NCBI GenBank assembly: GCA_965226795.1
Contig: CBDDDZ010000005.1
Coordinates: forward strand, 2,368,001-2,432,000
Source of the DNA: Candidatus Latescibacterota bacterium
GTDB taxonomy: Bacteria > Latescibacterota > UBA2968 > GCA-2709665
Direction of reading: 5' to 3'
DNA: 64,000 nt
Shown in pieces: positions 16,824-25,860 of the stretch (positions are counted from its first letter, which is position 1; each line of letters opens with the position of its first letter). The notes beneath the pieces are model-generated. The model did no database searches. It was given only the letters and a program-made list of their open reading frames with translations, and was not told the DNA's origin. A program made the translations under genes and the position numbers.

Positions 16824-17792
16824 TCAGCAACCGCCGGCCGACAACGCCTCAGAGACGCTGCGCATGTCCTGCGGTACGGCCGCGCGGAATTCCAGCGTTT
16901 TGCCCGTGACCGGATGGTCGAATCCGAGGGACTCGGCATGTAACATCTGTCTATTCGCCATACCCATGACCGTCCTGGCCGCGTTCCTCAGAGGCGGTGA
17001 AATGCCTCGGATTCGTTTCGCGCCGCCACCGTACGTGGTATCTCCAAAGACCGGATGTCCGATGTGGGCGAGATGTACCCGAATCTGATGCGTTCGACCC
17101 GTCTCCAACTTCAATCCCAGCGTCGATGCGAACCCATGGAACGCTTTCACCTCGTAACTGGTGGCGGCGGTGCGTCCTCCTTCGTCCACAACTGCCATGA
17201 GCCTGCGGGCCTTAGGACTCCTGCCTATGGCCGTCTCGATGCGGCCGCGTTCCGGTTCAGGTTGCCCCCAAACAATCGCGATATATCGCCGGATCACGGT
17301 ACGCGCTTCGAGCTGCGCCGCAAGGCCCCGGTGAGCCACGTCATCCTTGGCCACCATGAGCAGACCCGAGGTTTCCCTGTCCAGCCGATGCACAATACCC
17401 GGACGCAGGACGCCGTTGATACCGGAGAGACGGTCGCAATGGGCGAGGAGACCGTTCACCAGCGTACCGGATCGCCTCCCGCCCGTCGGGTGTACCACCA
17501 TGCCCGCCGGCTTGTTCACGACAAGCAGATGCGCGTCTTCAAAAAAAATATCCAGAGGAATTTCCTCCGGATCATATCCCGAGGGTTCGGGGGCGGGCAG
17601 ACAGACGACGATCCGCTCGCCGGCCGAAACCCTGTAGTTGGATCGAACCCGTTTTCCCGTTACACGTACTTCCCCGGAGACAATCAACACCTGGATTCGA
17701 GACCGGGAGAGTGGTTCGCAGACGTCTGCCAGCATCCGGTCCAGCCGGCTGCCCGCGTGTTCCGAAAGGACGGTTACCTCAAATCGCCTCAT
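16824..17792 (-). CDS. rluD: RluA-family 23S rRNA pseudouridine synthase (RluD-like)
   Basis: S4 domain, VNKPAGMVVHP, HRLDRETSG, TGRTHQIRVH. Confidence 0.93.
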   Translation of the reverse strand: MRRFEVTVLSEHAGSRLDRMLADVCEPLSRSRIQVLIVSGEVRVTGKRVRSNYRVSAGERIVVCLPAPEPSGYDPEEIPLDIFFEDAHLLVVNKPAGMVVHPTGGRRSGTLVNGLLAHCDRLSGINGVLRPGIVHRLDRETSGLLMVAKDDVAHRGLAAQLEARTVIRRYIAIVWGQPEPERGRIETAIGRSPKARRLMAVVDEGGRTAATSYEVKAFHGFASTLGLKLETGRTHQIRVHLAHIGHPVFGDTTYGGGAKRIRGISPPLRNAARTVMGMANRQMLHAESLGFDHPVTGKTLEFRAAVPQDMRSVSEALSAGGC

Positions 17793-18243
17793 CCTTTCTG
17801 CCCCTCAGAAGACCGCAGCCCAGTATTAACAGGACGGCCCCCACAGTAACGGAGGCGTCGGCCACGTTGAAAACCCACCAGCGAAGCGACCCGAATCCGA
17901 AATCCAGAAAATCAACCACCGCGCCAAAGCGGATCCGGTCTACGACGTTGCCGACGGCTCCACCCAGCACAAGCGCCAGACCGGCCGACGCCAGCCGCTC
18001 GTCAGGCGGCAGACGGAACCACATCACCGCCACCATGATCAATGCCAGCCCGGCGAAAATCAGGTGCGCGGCGTTTCCGCCCAACCTCAATCCGAACACG
18101 GCGCCGGGGTTCTGAATATAGGTCAACCTGAAGAAGGAGCCCAGTACGGGAATCGACTCTCCCCGGTACATCGATTCCATCACCATCCGTTTTGAAACCT
18201 GGTCCAGAAAAAGGACAACACCCGAAATCCAGAGGCCGCGCAC
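17779..18243 (-). CDS. lspA: Lipoprotein signal peptidase II
   Basis: DQVSK, NPGAVFG, GNVVDR, VVDF, FNVAD; AAGGAGG RBS before GTG. Confidence 0.95.
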   Translation of the reverse strand: MRGLWISGVVLFLDQVSKRMVMESMYRGESIPVLGSFFRLTYIQNPGAVFGLRLGGNAAHLIFAGLALIMVAVMWFRLPPDERLASAGLALVLGGAVGNVVDRIRFGAVVDFLDFGFGSLRWWVFNVADASVTVGAVLLILGCGLLRGRKDEAI

Positions 18244-18300
18244 AACGCCTCCTTGGAGATGGATCGAACGCACCTGTTACCGTGAACGGGCCATGTGCGA

Positions 18301-18684
18301 TTACGAGGGACGAAACCTCTGCTGCTGCTCCCCTTCCTTGCAGGGAACGCACACCCGGGTTGTGGGAACGGCCTCCAGACGCGCTTTCGGGATCTCTTTT
18401 CCGCAAACCCTGCATTCTCCAAACGACCTGTCCTTTATGCGTTGCAGCGCGTCCCCCACCTGCGCCAGATAGGCGCCGTCTCGAGAAGCGAACATGAAGG
18501 CTTTCTCCCTCTCGATGGAGTCGCTACCCAGTTCCGGCATATGATCCGAGTAAATCTGTCCGCCCGAAGCCTCTTCGGATGTCGCATGCATGGATCGTTG
18601 CTCCAACATCCCCAGGTCCTGAACGACGGACAGCCGCTTTTTTTCCAGGATCTCCCGGAAGTATTTCAGTTCTTTCTCGGTCAT
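18301..18684 (-). CDS. TraR/DksA C4 zinc-finger protein
   Basis: Coiled coil plus CRVC...RLEAVP...CVPC. Confidence 0.9.
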   Translation of the reverse strand: MTEKELKYFREILEKKRLSVVQDLGMLEQRSMHATSEEASGGQIYSDHMPELGSDSIEREKAFMFASRDGAYLAQVGDALQRIKDRSFGECRVCGKEIPKARLEAVPTTRVCVPCKEGEQQQRFRPS

Positions 18685-18781
18685 CGTCCTCTCCGCCTGT
18701 CAATTCAAGCCGTACGCACCAGCCGGATGGCGCCACCAACGAGCGTCTGCGAATCCCCATCCACATAAGGTCCTGGGAGAT

Positions 18782-21700
18782 TCAAACGCGTGAAATACCA
18801 ATTGTGCCGCGCAAACCGTTTACCAGCCATTCCCGCGTCATCAGACAGGAATCGGGCAGTTGGCCCACCAGCACCTCCTCCGCCAGCGTCTCGCCGCTGA
18901 CATATGCCCGGTAGCGGGTAACCGCCCGCTCCAGACCGCATTCACCCAAGACCCCCGCGTGAATGCGGTCGACGATTTCCAATCCCATCTCTTTCCTCAT
19001 GTTCTGCACGCGGTTGACAAATTCACGCGCCGTACATTCGTCGATCAATTCTTCGTCGAGATGCACATCCAGGCCGACGCACAGGTTGCTCTCGACAGCC
19101 ACCACCACGTCGTCTTTCTTCCGCCGCTGGATTTCCAGATCCTCAAGAACGATTTCCCCTCCCGCGACCTCCAGCTTTTCGCCCGTCCGCAGGCGTTCGA
19201 CCTCCTCGGGCCCCAATCCTGCGATGCGCCCGACCACCTCTTTCATGCGTTTCCCGAATCGCGGACCCAACACCCTGAAGTTGGGTCTGTAGGAGATTTC
19301 GCTCAACTCGGTCTCGTCCTCCACCAGAACCACCTCTTTGATATTCAGTTCCTCGGCGATCAGGCCCTGCATCGAAGCAAGCGCATCGCGCCCGGCGCTA
19401 TCGGGCGGCAGCAGGTAGACCCGCCGCAACGGTTGACGCACCTTCAGGTCGTGCCTGCTGCGAAGCGACCGACCCAGAGCAACCGCGCGCATCGCCAGAT
19501 GCATCTGGGCTTCAAGATCCGGATCGCGCATCGACTCATCCGCCTGCGGCATATCGCACAGGTGTACGCTTTCGGGCGCCTCGGGATCGGCTCTTCTCAC
19601 CAGATTCTGATAGATATGTTCGGTCACGAACGGCAGTACCGGCGCCATGGCCTTAACCAATGCCACCAGCACCTCGTAGAGCGTTTTGTAAACCGCCGCC
19701 TTGTCCTCGTCGTCTACCGACTTCCAGAAGCGGCGGCGGCTGCGGCGGATGTACCAGTTCGTCAACTTCTCCACAAATGAAACCATTACCGGCACGGTCC
19801 TGTACAGCCGGTAAGCCGACATCTCGGCATTCATGTCGTGCAGCAGAGTCTGCAATTCCGACAGGATCCAGCGGTCCAGTTCGTGGGTGCGCACCGCCCC
19901 TCTCGCCGTGGCCGGCGTCCAACCGTCGATATTGGCATATGTGACGAAAATTCCGCCGTACGCGTTCCACAGTGGAATAATCACCGAACGCAGGCTCTCC
20001 TGAATACCCCGTTCGCTGATTCTTAACTCCTCGGCCTTGAGCGCCGGAGAGTTCAACAGATACAACCTCAACGCGTCCGCGCCGTATGCTTCGAGCATTT
20101 CGGTGGGTTCCGGATAGTTCTTCAGCCGCTTGCTCATCTTGCGTCCGTCCTCGGCAAGCAGCATCCCGGATACGATGCAATTCCTGAACGCCGGCTCCTC
20201 AAACAACGCGGCAGCGAGAACCGTCAACGTATAAAACCAGCCCCGGGTCTGATCCAGTCCTTCGGAAATGAAATCGGCCGGAAAATTCGCCTCGAAAAAC
20301 GATCGATTCTCAAACGGATAGTGTGTCTGGGCATAGGGCATGGCCCCGGACTCGAACCAGCAATCCAGCACCTCGGGAACACGCCTCAACATTCCCCTCC
20401 CCGTGGGACTGGGAATTTCGATATGATCTATCAGATGCTTATGCAGATCCTCCACTCGCTGACCACTCAGGCGCTCCAGTTCTTCACGGCTGCCGACACA
20501 AATCGTCTCCTTCGTGTCCTCATTGCGCCATACGGGTAACGGCGTGCCCCAGTAGCGGCTCCGGCTGATCGCCCAATCGCGCGCATCCTCCAGCCAGCGT
20601 CCGAATCGTCCGTTCTTTATGTGTTCCGGCACCCATCGGACCCGCTGATTCGAGGCGATCATCTTTTCCTTGATCGGTTCAATGGCCACAAACCAGGTTG
20701 AGATTGCGCGATAAATCAGTGGAGAATCACACCGCCAGCAGTAGGGGTAGCTATGAACCAGCGTTCCCTCGGAAAACAGCGAACCGCCCTCACGCAGTCG
20801 CCGCACGATATGACGGTCGACCTCCTTCACAAACTGTCCTGTATAGTCCGGGATCGCATCGGTGAACGCACAGTCCTCGTCGATCGGACACACGACCGGG
20901 ATTCCCTTTTCAACGCCCAGTTGATAGTCGTCTTCACCGAAACCGGGCGCCACATGCACGATCCCGGTGCCGTCTTCGGTCGTCACGAAATCGGCCGCAA
21001 CCACGCGATACGCGCCCTCATTTTCCAGATCTGAAAAATAGCCGAACAGCGGCTCATAACGCATCTCCAGCAGCGCCTCTATCGGTTCCGCCTCCACCCG
21101 CGCCACTTCCCCGTTGCGCCCCGAAAACAGGGCATCGAAGCGAGGCTCCGCAAGGATTAACTGCTCTCCGTTCCCCAGATGGACGCGCAGGTACGGGATG
21201 TCTTCCCCCACCGCGAGCGCCATGTTCGAAGGCAGCGTCCACGGTGTGGTCGTCCAGGCGAGAATCGACGTATTCGCCTCTCCCTGCACGCGGAAACGCA
21301 CCGTGATCGAAGGATCCTGGGTATCCCGGTAGCCTCCCTGATTCACCTCGAAATTCGAAAGCGGCGTGGCGCATCTGGGGCAGTAGGCCAGGGAATAGAA
21401 TCCTTCATAAATCAGTTCCTTCTCCCACAGGCTCTTGAACACCCACCACACCGACTCCATGAAATCCGAATCCATCGTGCGGTACTCGTGGTCCCAATCC
21501 ACCCACCGCCCGCATCGCTGGATCACCTGTTTCCACTCCGCCGTGTACTGAAGCACCTGTTCCCGGCAGAACTCGTTGAACCGACTCACTCCGAACGCAA
21601 GGATGTCTTTCCGGGACTTCAGTCCCAACTGGCGTTCGGCCTCGTTCTCGACCGGCAGTCCGTGACAATCCCATCCGAAACGCCGGTCCACCCGGTAACC

Positions 21701-21952
21701 GCGCATCGTCCAGTACCGCGGCACCACGTCCTTGATTATGGAAGCCAGCAGATGCCCGTAGTGCGGAAGCCCGCTCGCGAACGGCGGTCCGTCATTGAAG
21801 ATGAACAAATTTGATTCCGGGCGGGTTGCCACCGACTTCTCAAACGTCCGGTTTTTCTCCCAGAACCGAAGGATTTCCTTCTCCATTTCGGGAAAGTTCA
21901 TCCTGCCGGAAACGTCCTCAAACACCCTCTCTGCCGTTTTCTCCACCGCCAT
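18782..21952 (-). CDS. ileS: Isoleucine-tRNA ligase, type 2
   Basis: DGPPFASGLPHYGH, GWDCHGLP, WTTTPWT, EGLDQTRGWF, KMSKR; no C-terminal Zn finger. Confidence 0.97.
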   Translation of the reverse strand: MAVEKTAERVFEDVSGRMNFPEMEKEILRFWEKNRTFEKSVATRPESNLFIFNDGPPFASGLPHYGHLLASIIKDVVPRYWTMRGYRVDRRFGWDCHGLPVENEAERQLGLKSRKDILAFGVSRFNEFCREQVLQYTAEWKQVIQRCGRWVDWDHEYRTMDSDFMESVWWVFKSLWEKELIYEGFYSLAYCPRCATPLSNFEVNQGGYRDTQDPSITVRFRVQGEANTSILAWTTTPWTLPSNMALAVGEDIPYLRVHLGNGEQLILAEPRFDALFSGRNGEVARVEAEPIEALLEMRYEPLFGYFSDLENEGAYRVVAADFVTTEDGTGIVHVAPGFGEDDYQLGVEKGIPVVCPIDEDCAFTDAIPDYTGQFVKEVDRHIVRRLREGGSLFSEGTLVHSYPYCWRCDSPLIYRAISTWFVAIEPIKEKMIASNQRVRWVPEHIKNGRFGRWLEDARDWAISRSRYWGTPLPVWRNEDTKETICVGSREELERLSGQRVEDLHKHLIDHIEIPSPTGRGMLRRVPEVLDCWFESGAMPYAQTHYPFENRSFFEANFPADFISEGLDQTRGWFYTLTVLAAALFEEPAFRNCIVSGMLLAEDGRKMSKRLKNYPEPTEMLEAYGADALRLYLLNSPALKAEELRISERGIQESLRSVIIPLWNAYGGIFVTYANIDGWTPATARGAVRTHELDRWILSELQTLLHDMNAEMSAYRLYRTVPVMVSFVEKLTNWYIRRSRRRFWKSVDDEDKAAVYKTLYEVLVALVKAMAPVLPFVTEHIYQNLVRRADPEAPESVHLCDMPQADESMRDPDLEAQMHLAMRAVALGRSLRSRHDLKVRQPLRRVYLLPPDSAGRDALASMQGLIAEELNIKEVVLVEDETELSEISYRPNFRVLGPRFGKRMKEVVGRIAGLGPEEVERLRTGEKLEVAGGEIVLEDLEIQRRKKDDVVVAVESNLCVGLDVHLDEELIDECTAREFVNRVQNMRKEMGLEIVDRIHAGVLGECGLERAVTRYRAYVSGETLAEEVLVGQLPDSCLMTREWLVNGLRGTIGISRV

Positions 21953-22106
21953 GAGGTTCTTTCGCTTCTCTGGTATGTTCTGGAATGTCGCGGATATTTT
22001 CTGTTGCTATGTCCTGTCAGTCCATAGACCGCGACCGCCAGGAATCCTTCCGCGCCGTGCAGAAAAACGGTTCAGGCGGAAGTATCGTGCTTCGAGTCGC
22101 TCGTCG

Positions 22107-22577
22107 TTATCGAACCGATTTGCCATTCACCATTGCGACAATCCGGTCCCCGTTCTCCCCCAACAACGCCTTCTGTTCCGGCCACATCATCACCGGCAGC
22201 CGATCGATGGGAAACCAGTCCACGACTTCGTGATGTTCCACGTCCGTGGGCACGACATCCACCTGCTCGGTCCGATACAGAAAATAGTGCGTGGTCTTCC
22301 ATTCCGTCCGATGATAATTCATCCGTGCCCTTACGCCCATCGACTGGATCAACTTCAATTCCGTAAACCCTGCCTCTTCCTCAATCTCCCGCCGCGCAGC
22401 CTCCTCGACGGACTCGCCCCTGTCCACGTGTCCCTTGGGCAGCACGTATTCCTCGTAGGACTGCTCGCGAATCAGCGCCACCATCACCTGTCCATCCGCC
22501 ACCGTTACAACCACGCCCCCCGCCGAAACGGCTTCCGGCATGCCATCGGGTCTCCGGTACCATCGTTCATCGATCAT
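22107..22577 (-). CDS. NUDIX hydrolase
   Basis: LPKGHVDRGESVEEAARREIEEEAG Nudix box. Confidence 0.92.
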   Translation of the reverse strand: MIDERWYRRPDGMPEAVSAGGVVVTVADGQVMVALIREQSYEEYVLPKGHVDRGESVEEAARREIEEEAGFTELKLIQSMGVRARMNYHRTEWKTTHYFLYRTEQVDVVPTDVEHHEVVDWFPIDRLPVMMWPEQKALLGENGDRIVAMVNGKSVR

Positions 22578-23461
22578 CCTGACCCACCCAGATAGTGTCC
22601 ATACAACACGCTCAGCCGCTGTCTTGCCTCATTCGGAATGGCGCCCGGCGCCGTAATGATCGCATCCCGCGCCGCATGGTGACATTCGCAATCCGACGCC
22701 TCAGGCAGCAACCCTGCGATTTCTTTCACGACCGCATTGGCCATCCGTGTATTGGCCTTCAGAATGGCCAGCACGGCCTCGATGTCCACGTCCTCTTCCC
22801 GCCCGTGCCAGCAGTCGTAATCCGTGCCCAGGGAAAGCACGGCATAGCACATCTCCGCCTCCCGGGCCAGTTTAGCCTCCGGAAGCGCCGTCATTCCGAT
22901 CACCGTGGCATCGGCGGCCCGGCGATAAAACTCCGACTCGGCCCTCGTCGAAAACTGAGGCCCCTCCATGCAGACATACGTGCCGCCGTCATGAACCGTA
23001 GCGCCTCTGTTCCCCGCCGCTTGAACGACAACGCCGCGCATATCGGCGCAGAACGGGTCTGCGAAGGCAACGTGTCCCACAACCCCGTCACCGAAAAACG
23101 TGGACGGCCGAATCCCCCTTGTGCGATCGAAAATCTGATCCGGGACGACCATGTCTCCCGGCCTGATGTGTTCTTTCATAATTCCCACGGCGCCTACCGC
23201 AAGTACGTGGGTGACATCCAACTGTTTCAACGCATGGATATTGGCACGGTATCTCACCTCGGACGGCAGCAACCGGTGTCCGCGCCCGTGGCGGGGCAGG
23301 AAAACAACTGTACGTCCGTCGATATCCGTTTCCACCAGCAGGTCGGAGGGCTGGCCGAACGGCGTGTCCACCTCGTGTTCCCGCACCACCGCGACGCCAT
23401 CCATCTCATAGAACCCGGATCCGCCAATCACACCCAGACGCAACGGCTTTGTCTCTTTCAT
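22574..23461 (-). CDS. mtnP: S-methyl-5'-thioadenosine phosphorylase
   Basis: GVIGGSG, RHGRGH, EGPQFSTRAES, GMT, TDYDCW. Confidence 0.92.
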   Translation of the reverse strand: MKETKPLRLGVIGGSGFYEMDGVAVVREHEVDTPFGQPSDLLVETDIDGRTVVFLPRHGRGHRLLPSEVRYRANIHALKQLDVTHVLAVGAVGIMKEHIRPGDMVVPDQIFDRTRGIRPSTFFGDGVVGHVAFADPFCADMRGVVVQAAGNRGATVHDGGTYVCMEGPQFSTRAESEFYRRAADATVIGMTALPEAKLAREAEMCYAVLSLGTDYDCWHGREEDVDIEAVLAILKANTRMANAVVKEIAGLLPEASDCECHHAARDAIITAPGAIPNEARQRLSVLYGHYLGGSG

Positions 23462-23527
23462 TGTTCCGCTCCGCTACCGCCGGTAAAGTCCCGTCTTGCG
23501 ATTGCGAGCCGCCACGAAGGCGGAAAA

Positions 23528-24085
23528 TCAGTCCTCCGTCTCCGCGTTTTCGCCATCCGTGATCTGGCCGTTTCCGCCCTTCACGTACGCTTCCTCGTCT
23601 CCTTCATTCGTGCGCACGTCGTCGACGCCGTCGAATTCATCGCCTGACAGCTGCGCCAGAAAATCGGACTGCGCCTGCAGAAGGGACTGAAACCTGGCTA
23701 TGAACATGTCCCGCCGACTCTTCAGATTCACCAACTCGCTCCGCATCTGCCGCACGAATGAACGTGCTTTCTCCACGGCGCGATTCCCCAGCGCTTCGGC
23801 CTCCTTCACAATCAACCTGCCTTCCGTCCGGGCATTTTCACGCACATCATCCGCGGCCAGTTGGGCTGTTTTCAATATTTCCTGCAACGTCGCTTCCATC
23901 TGCGTGTACCGCTCCACTTTCTCCAGCAAATTGGCCTCGCGCTCCAGTGCCTGCAGGCGCTCGCGGTTCAGCTCTTCGAACGCATCGGCGATCGTTTCCA
24001 GAAAGGCCATCACTTCCTCCGGGTCCAAACCTCGAAAGACCCGTTTAAACTCCTGCTTCCGGATATCCAGAGAAGTCATCTTCAT
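23528..24085 (-). CDS. divIVA: DivIVA domain protein
   Basis: DIRKQEFKRVFRGLDPEEV N-terminus plus coiled coil; ylm-type context. Confidence 0.88.
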   Translation of the reverse strand: MKMTSLDIRKQEFKRVFRGLDPEEVMAFLETIADAFEELNRERLQALEREANLLEKVERYTQMEATLQEILKTAQLAADDVRENARTEGRLIVKEAEALGNRAVEKARSFVRQMRSELVNLKSRRDMFIARFQSLLQAQSDFLAQLSGDEFDGVDDVRTNEGDEEAYVKGGNGQITDGENAETED

Positions 24086-24251
24086 GGGAACCACCTCCAT
24101 ATCCGTCCTCGGCGCCGGCAGCGCCGGGATACCTCAAGCGGGCGGCAGGGGAAACCGCCACTCGGGGAGAGGGAAGGCGGGATTCAGGATCCAGAACCGG
24201 GTCGGGAGGAACGCGTATCCGATATGCACGTCCTCATACCCGACGCCCGCC

Positions 24252-24854
24252 TTACGTCGTGCTCAGTCCGAAAACGACGAGAACCGCGCCTTTGGCGAAA
24301 TTCAGCAACAGGATCAACAGAATCGGCGACAGATCGAACATGCCTAATGGCGGGATCAGGCGCCGGAAGGGCGCCATGACGGGCTCGGTAAGCGAATAAA
24401 GCGTCCATATCATTCGCCCGTTTCGAAAAAAGGGCATCCAGGAAACAATGATGCGAGCGAGAATCAACACCAGGAAAACTGATATTGCGCCGTAAAAGAG
24501 CCAGCCAATGACCTGAAGAAATGCCACGTTCAACAACGCCCGAACCACTCCCTCCAAAGCCAGAAGCACGTCGTTGCTGATCCACTTAAGAAAAAACGCG
24601 GCCAACAATGTTCCCAGAATCACAAACAAAGGCGCAATGCCGAGACTGTTGGGCGCGGGCAGGCTCTGGGTGATTGGCCAGATCATGGGATCGGTCCATC
24701 CCCGAACCACCTGAGACAACCGGCCGAACGGTTGCGCCTTCAACAGAACCCATCGTGAAAACATTAACAGAGCGACAACCACAACCGCCGAAAACGCCAC
24801 AAAATTAACCGCTGCACGCATGTAGTCGATCACCTGCAACAAGACGTATAACAT
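24252..24854 (-). CDS. yggT: YggT family membrane protein (two YGGT repeats)
   Basis: TDPMIWP and TEPVMAPFRRLIPPLGMFDLSP. Confidence 0.88.
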   Translation of the reverse strand: MLYVLLQVIDYMRAAVNFVAFSAVVVVALLMFSRWVLLKAQPFGRLSQVVRGWTDPMIWPITQSLPAPNSLGIAPLFVILGTLLAAFFLKWISNDVLLALEGVVRALLNVAFLQVIGWLFYGAISVFLVLILARIIVSWMPFFRNGRMIWTLYSLTEPVMAPFRRLIPPLGMFDLSPILLILLLNFAKGAVLVVFGLSTT

Positions 24855-24963
24855 GATTACCCTTCATTATCCTTCGCTGAACCCTGTCACCTCAGACGGA
24901 AGGACGCCAAACCGGCGGTGGATTATACGTTCTAACGCCCCGAAGCGCCCTGCACCCGCGTCA

Positions 24964-25650
24964 TTACCTGGAACCGAAAATCGCCGAGCCGACTCGCACC
25001 ATTGTAGCGCCTTCCTCAATTGCCACTTCAAAATCCCCTGTCATCCCCATTGAAAGGTGTGTCATCGATACATCCGGCATTCGCGCCGCCGCAATCTTCT
25101 CACTCAGTTCCCGCAGCTGTACGAAACAAGGTCGCACCGCCTCCGGGTCCGGCAGAAACAAGCCGATCGTCATCAACCCCTCCACATCCACACCTTCCAC
25201 CTCCGAAATCCGCCCGACCTGATCGACCGTTGCGTCGGGCGCGGCCCCGAACTGGGCATCCGCCCCCGAGGTATTCACCTGCACAAGCGTCCGCGCGGAA
25301 ATCCCGGCCTGCACCGCACGTTTTCCAATCTCCCTTGCCAGCCGCAGGCTGTCCACCGAGTGAACCATTTCGAACATGCGGAGCGCGCTTTTCACCTTAT
25401 TCCGCTGCAAATGTCCCACCAGATGCCAAACCACCGCACCCGCGACGCTGCCAACCTTCGTCTCGGCCTCCTGTACTCTGTTCTCACCCAGCACCCGAAC
25501 CCCGGCCTCCACCGCTTCCTGGATGACTTCTACGGGCTTTGTCTTGGATACAGCGACAAGGGTTACATCATGCGCCTGTCGCCCCGCTCGCTCCGCAGCC
25601 CGGACAATGCGTTCACGAACCCGTTTGAGATTATCCGAAATCGACGTCAT
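24964..25650 (-). CDS. yggS: YggS family PLP homeostasis protein
   Basis: AVSKT, GENRVQE, HLVGHLQRNK, LSMGM, VRVGSAIFG. Confidence 0.95.
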   Translation of the reverse strand: MTSISDNLKRVRERIVRAAERAGRQAHDVTLVAVSKTKPVEVIQEAVEAGVRVLGENRVQEAETKVGSVAGAVVWHLVGHLQRNKVKSALRMFEMVHSVDSLRLAREIGKRAVQAGISARTLVQVNTSGADAQFGAAPDATVDQVGRISEVEGVDVEGLMTIGLFLPDPEAVRPCFVQLRELSEKIAAARMPDVSMTHLSMGMTGDFEVAIEEGATMVRVGSAIFGSR

Positions 25651-25860
25651 TGGCGCTCTGCCGAATCGTGAAAATGGTCAACCCCGGTTCCAATGCAGAA
25701 TAGTAAACTTATATTAAAACGGATGATTTGGCAACCTATTCGCCGACTCGAGATTGCAAAGTTAGACCGGCGGCTTAAGCGACAATCATCTAAATAATTA
25801 AAATCAAGAGGATTACGCTAACGTTTACAGGAATTGGCTAAATCCAGCCCCGTGAATCAT

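Noticed and set aside
22006..22017. 12-mer CAGGACATAGCA shared (inverted) with 47477-47488
   Set aside because: Short, no flanking similarity, and compatible with chance.
21953..22106. Possible T-box leader upstream of ileS
   Set aside because: No T-box consensus (GGTGGNACCGCG) or terminator/antiterminator is visible, and the gap is short.
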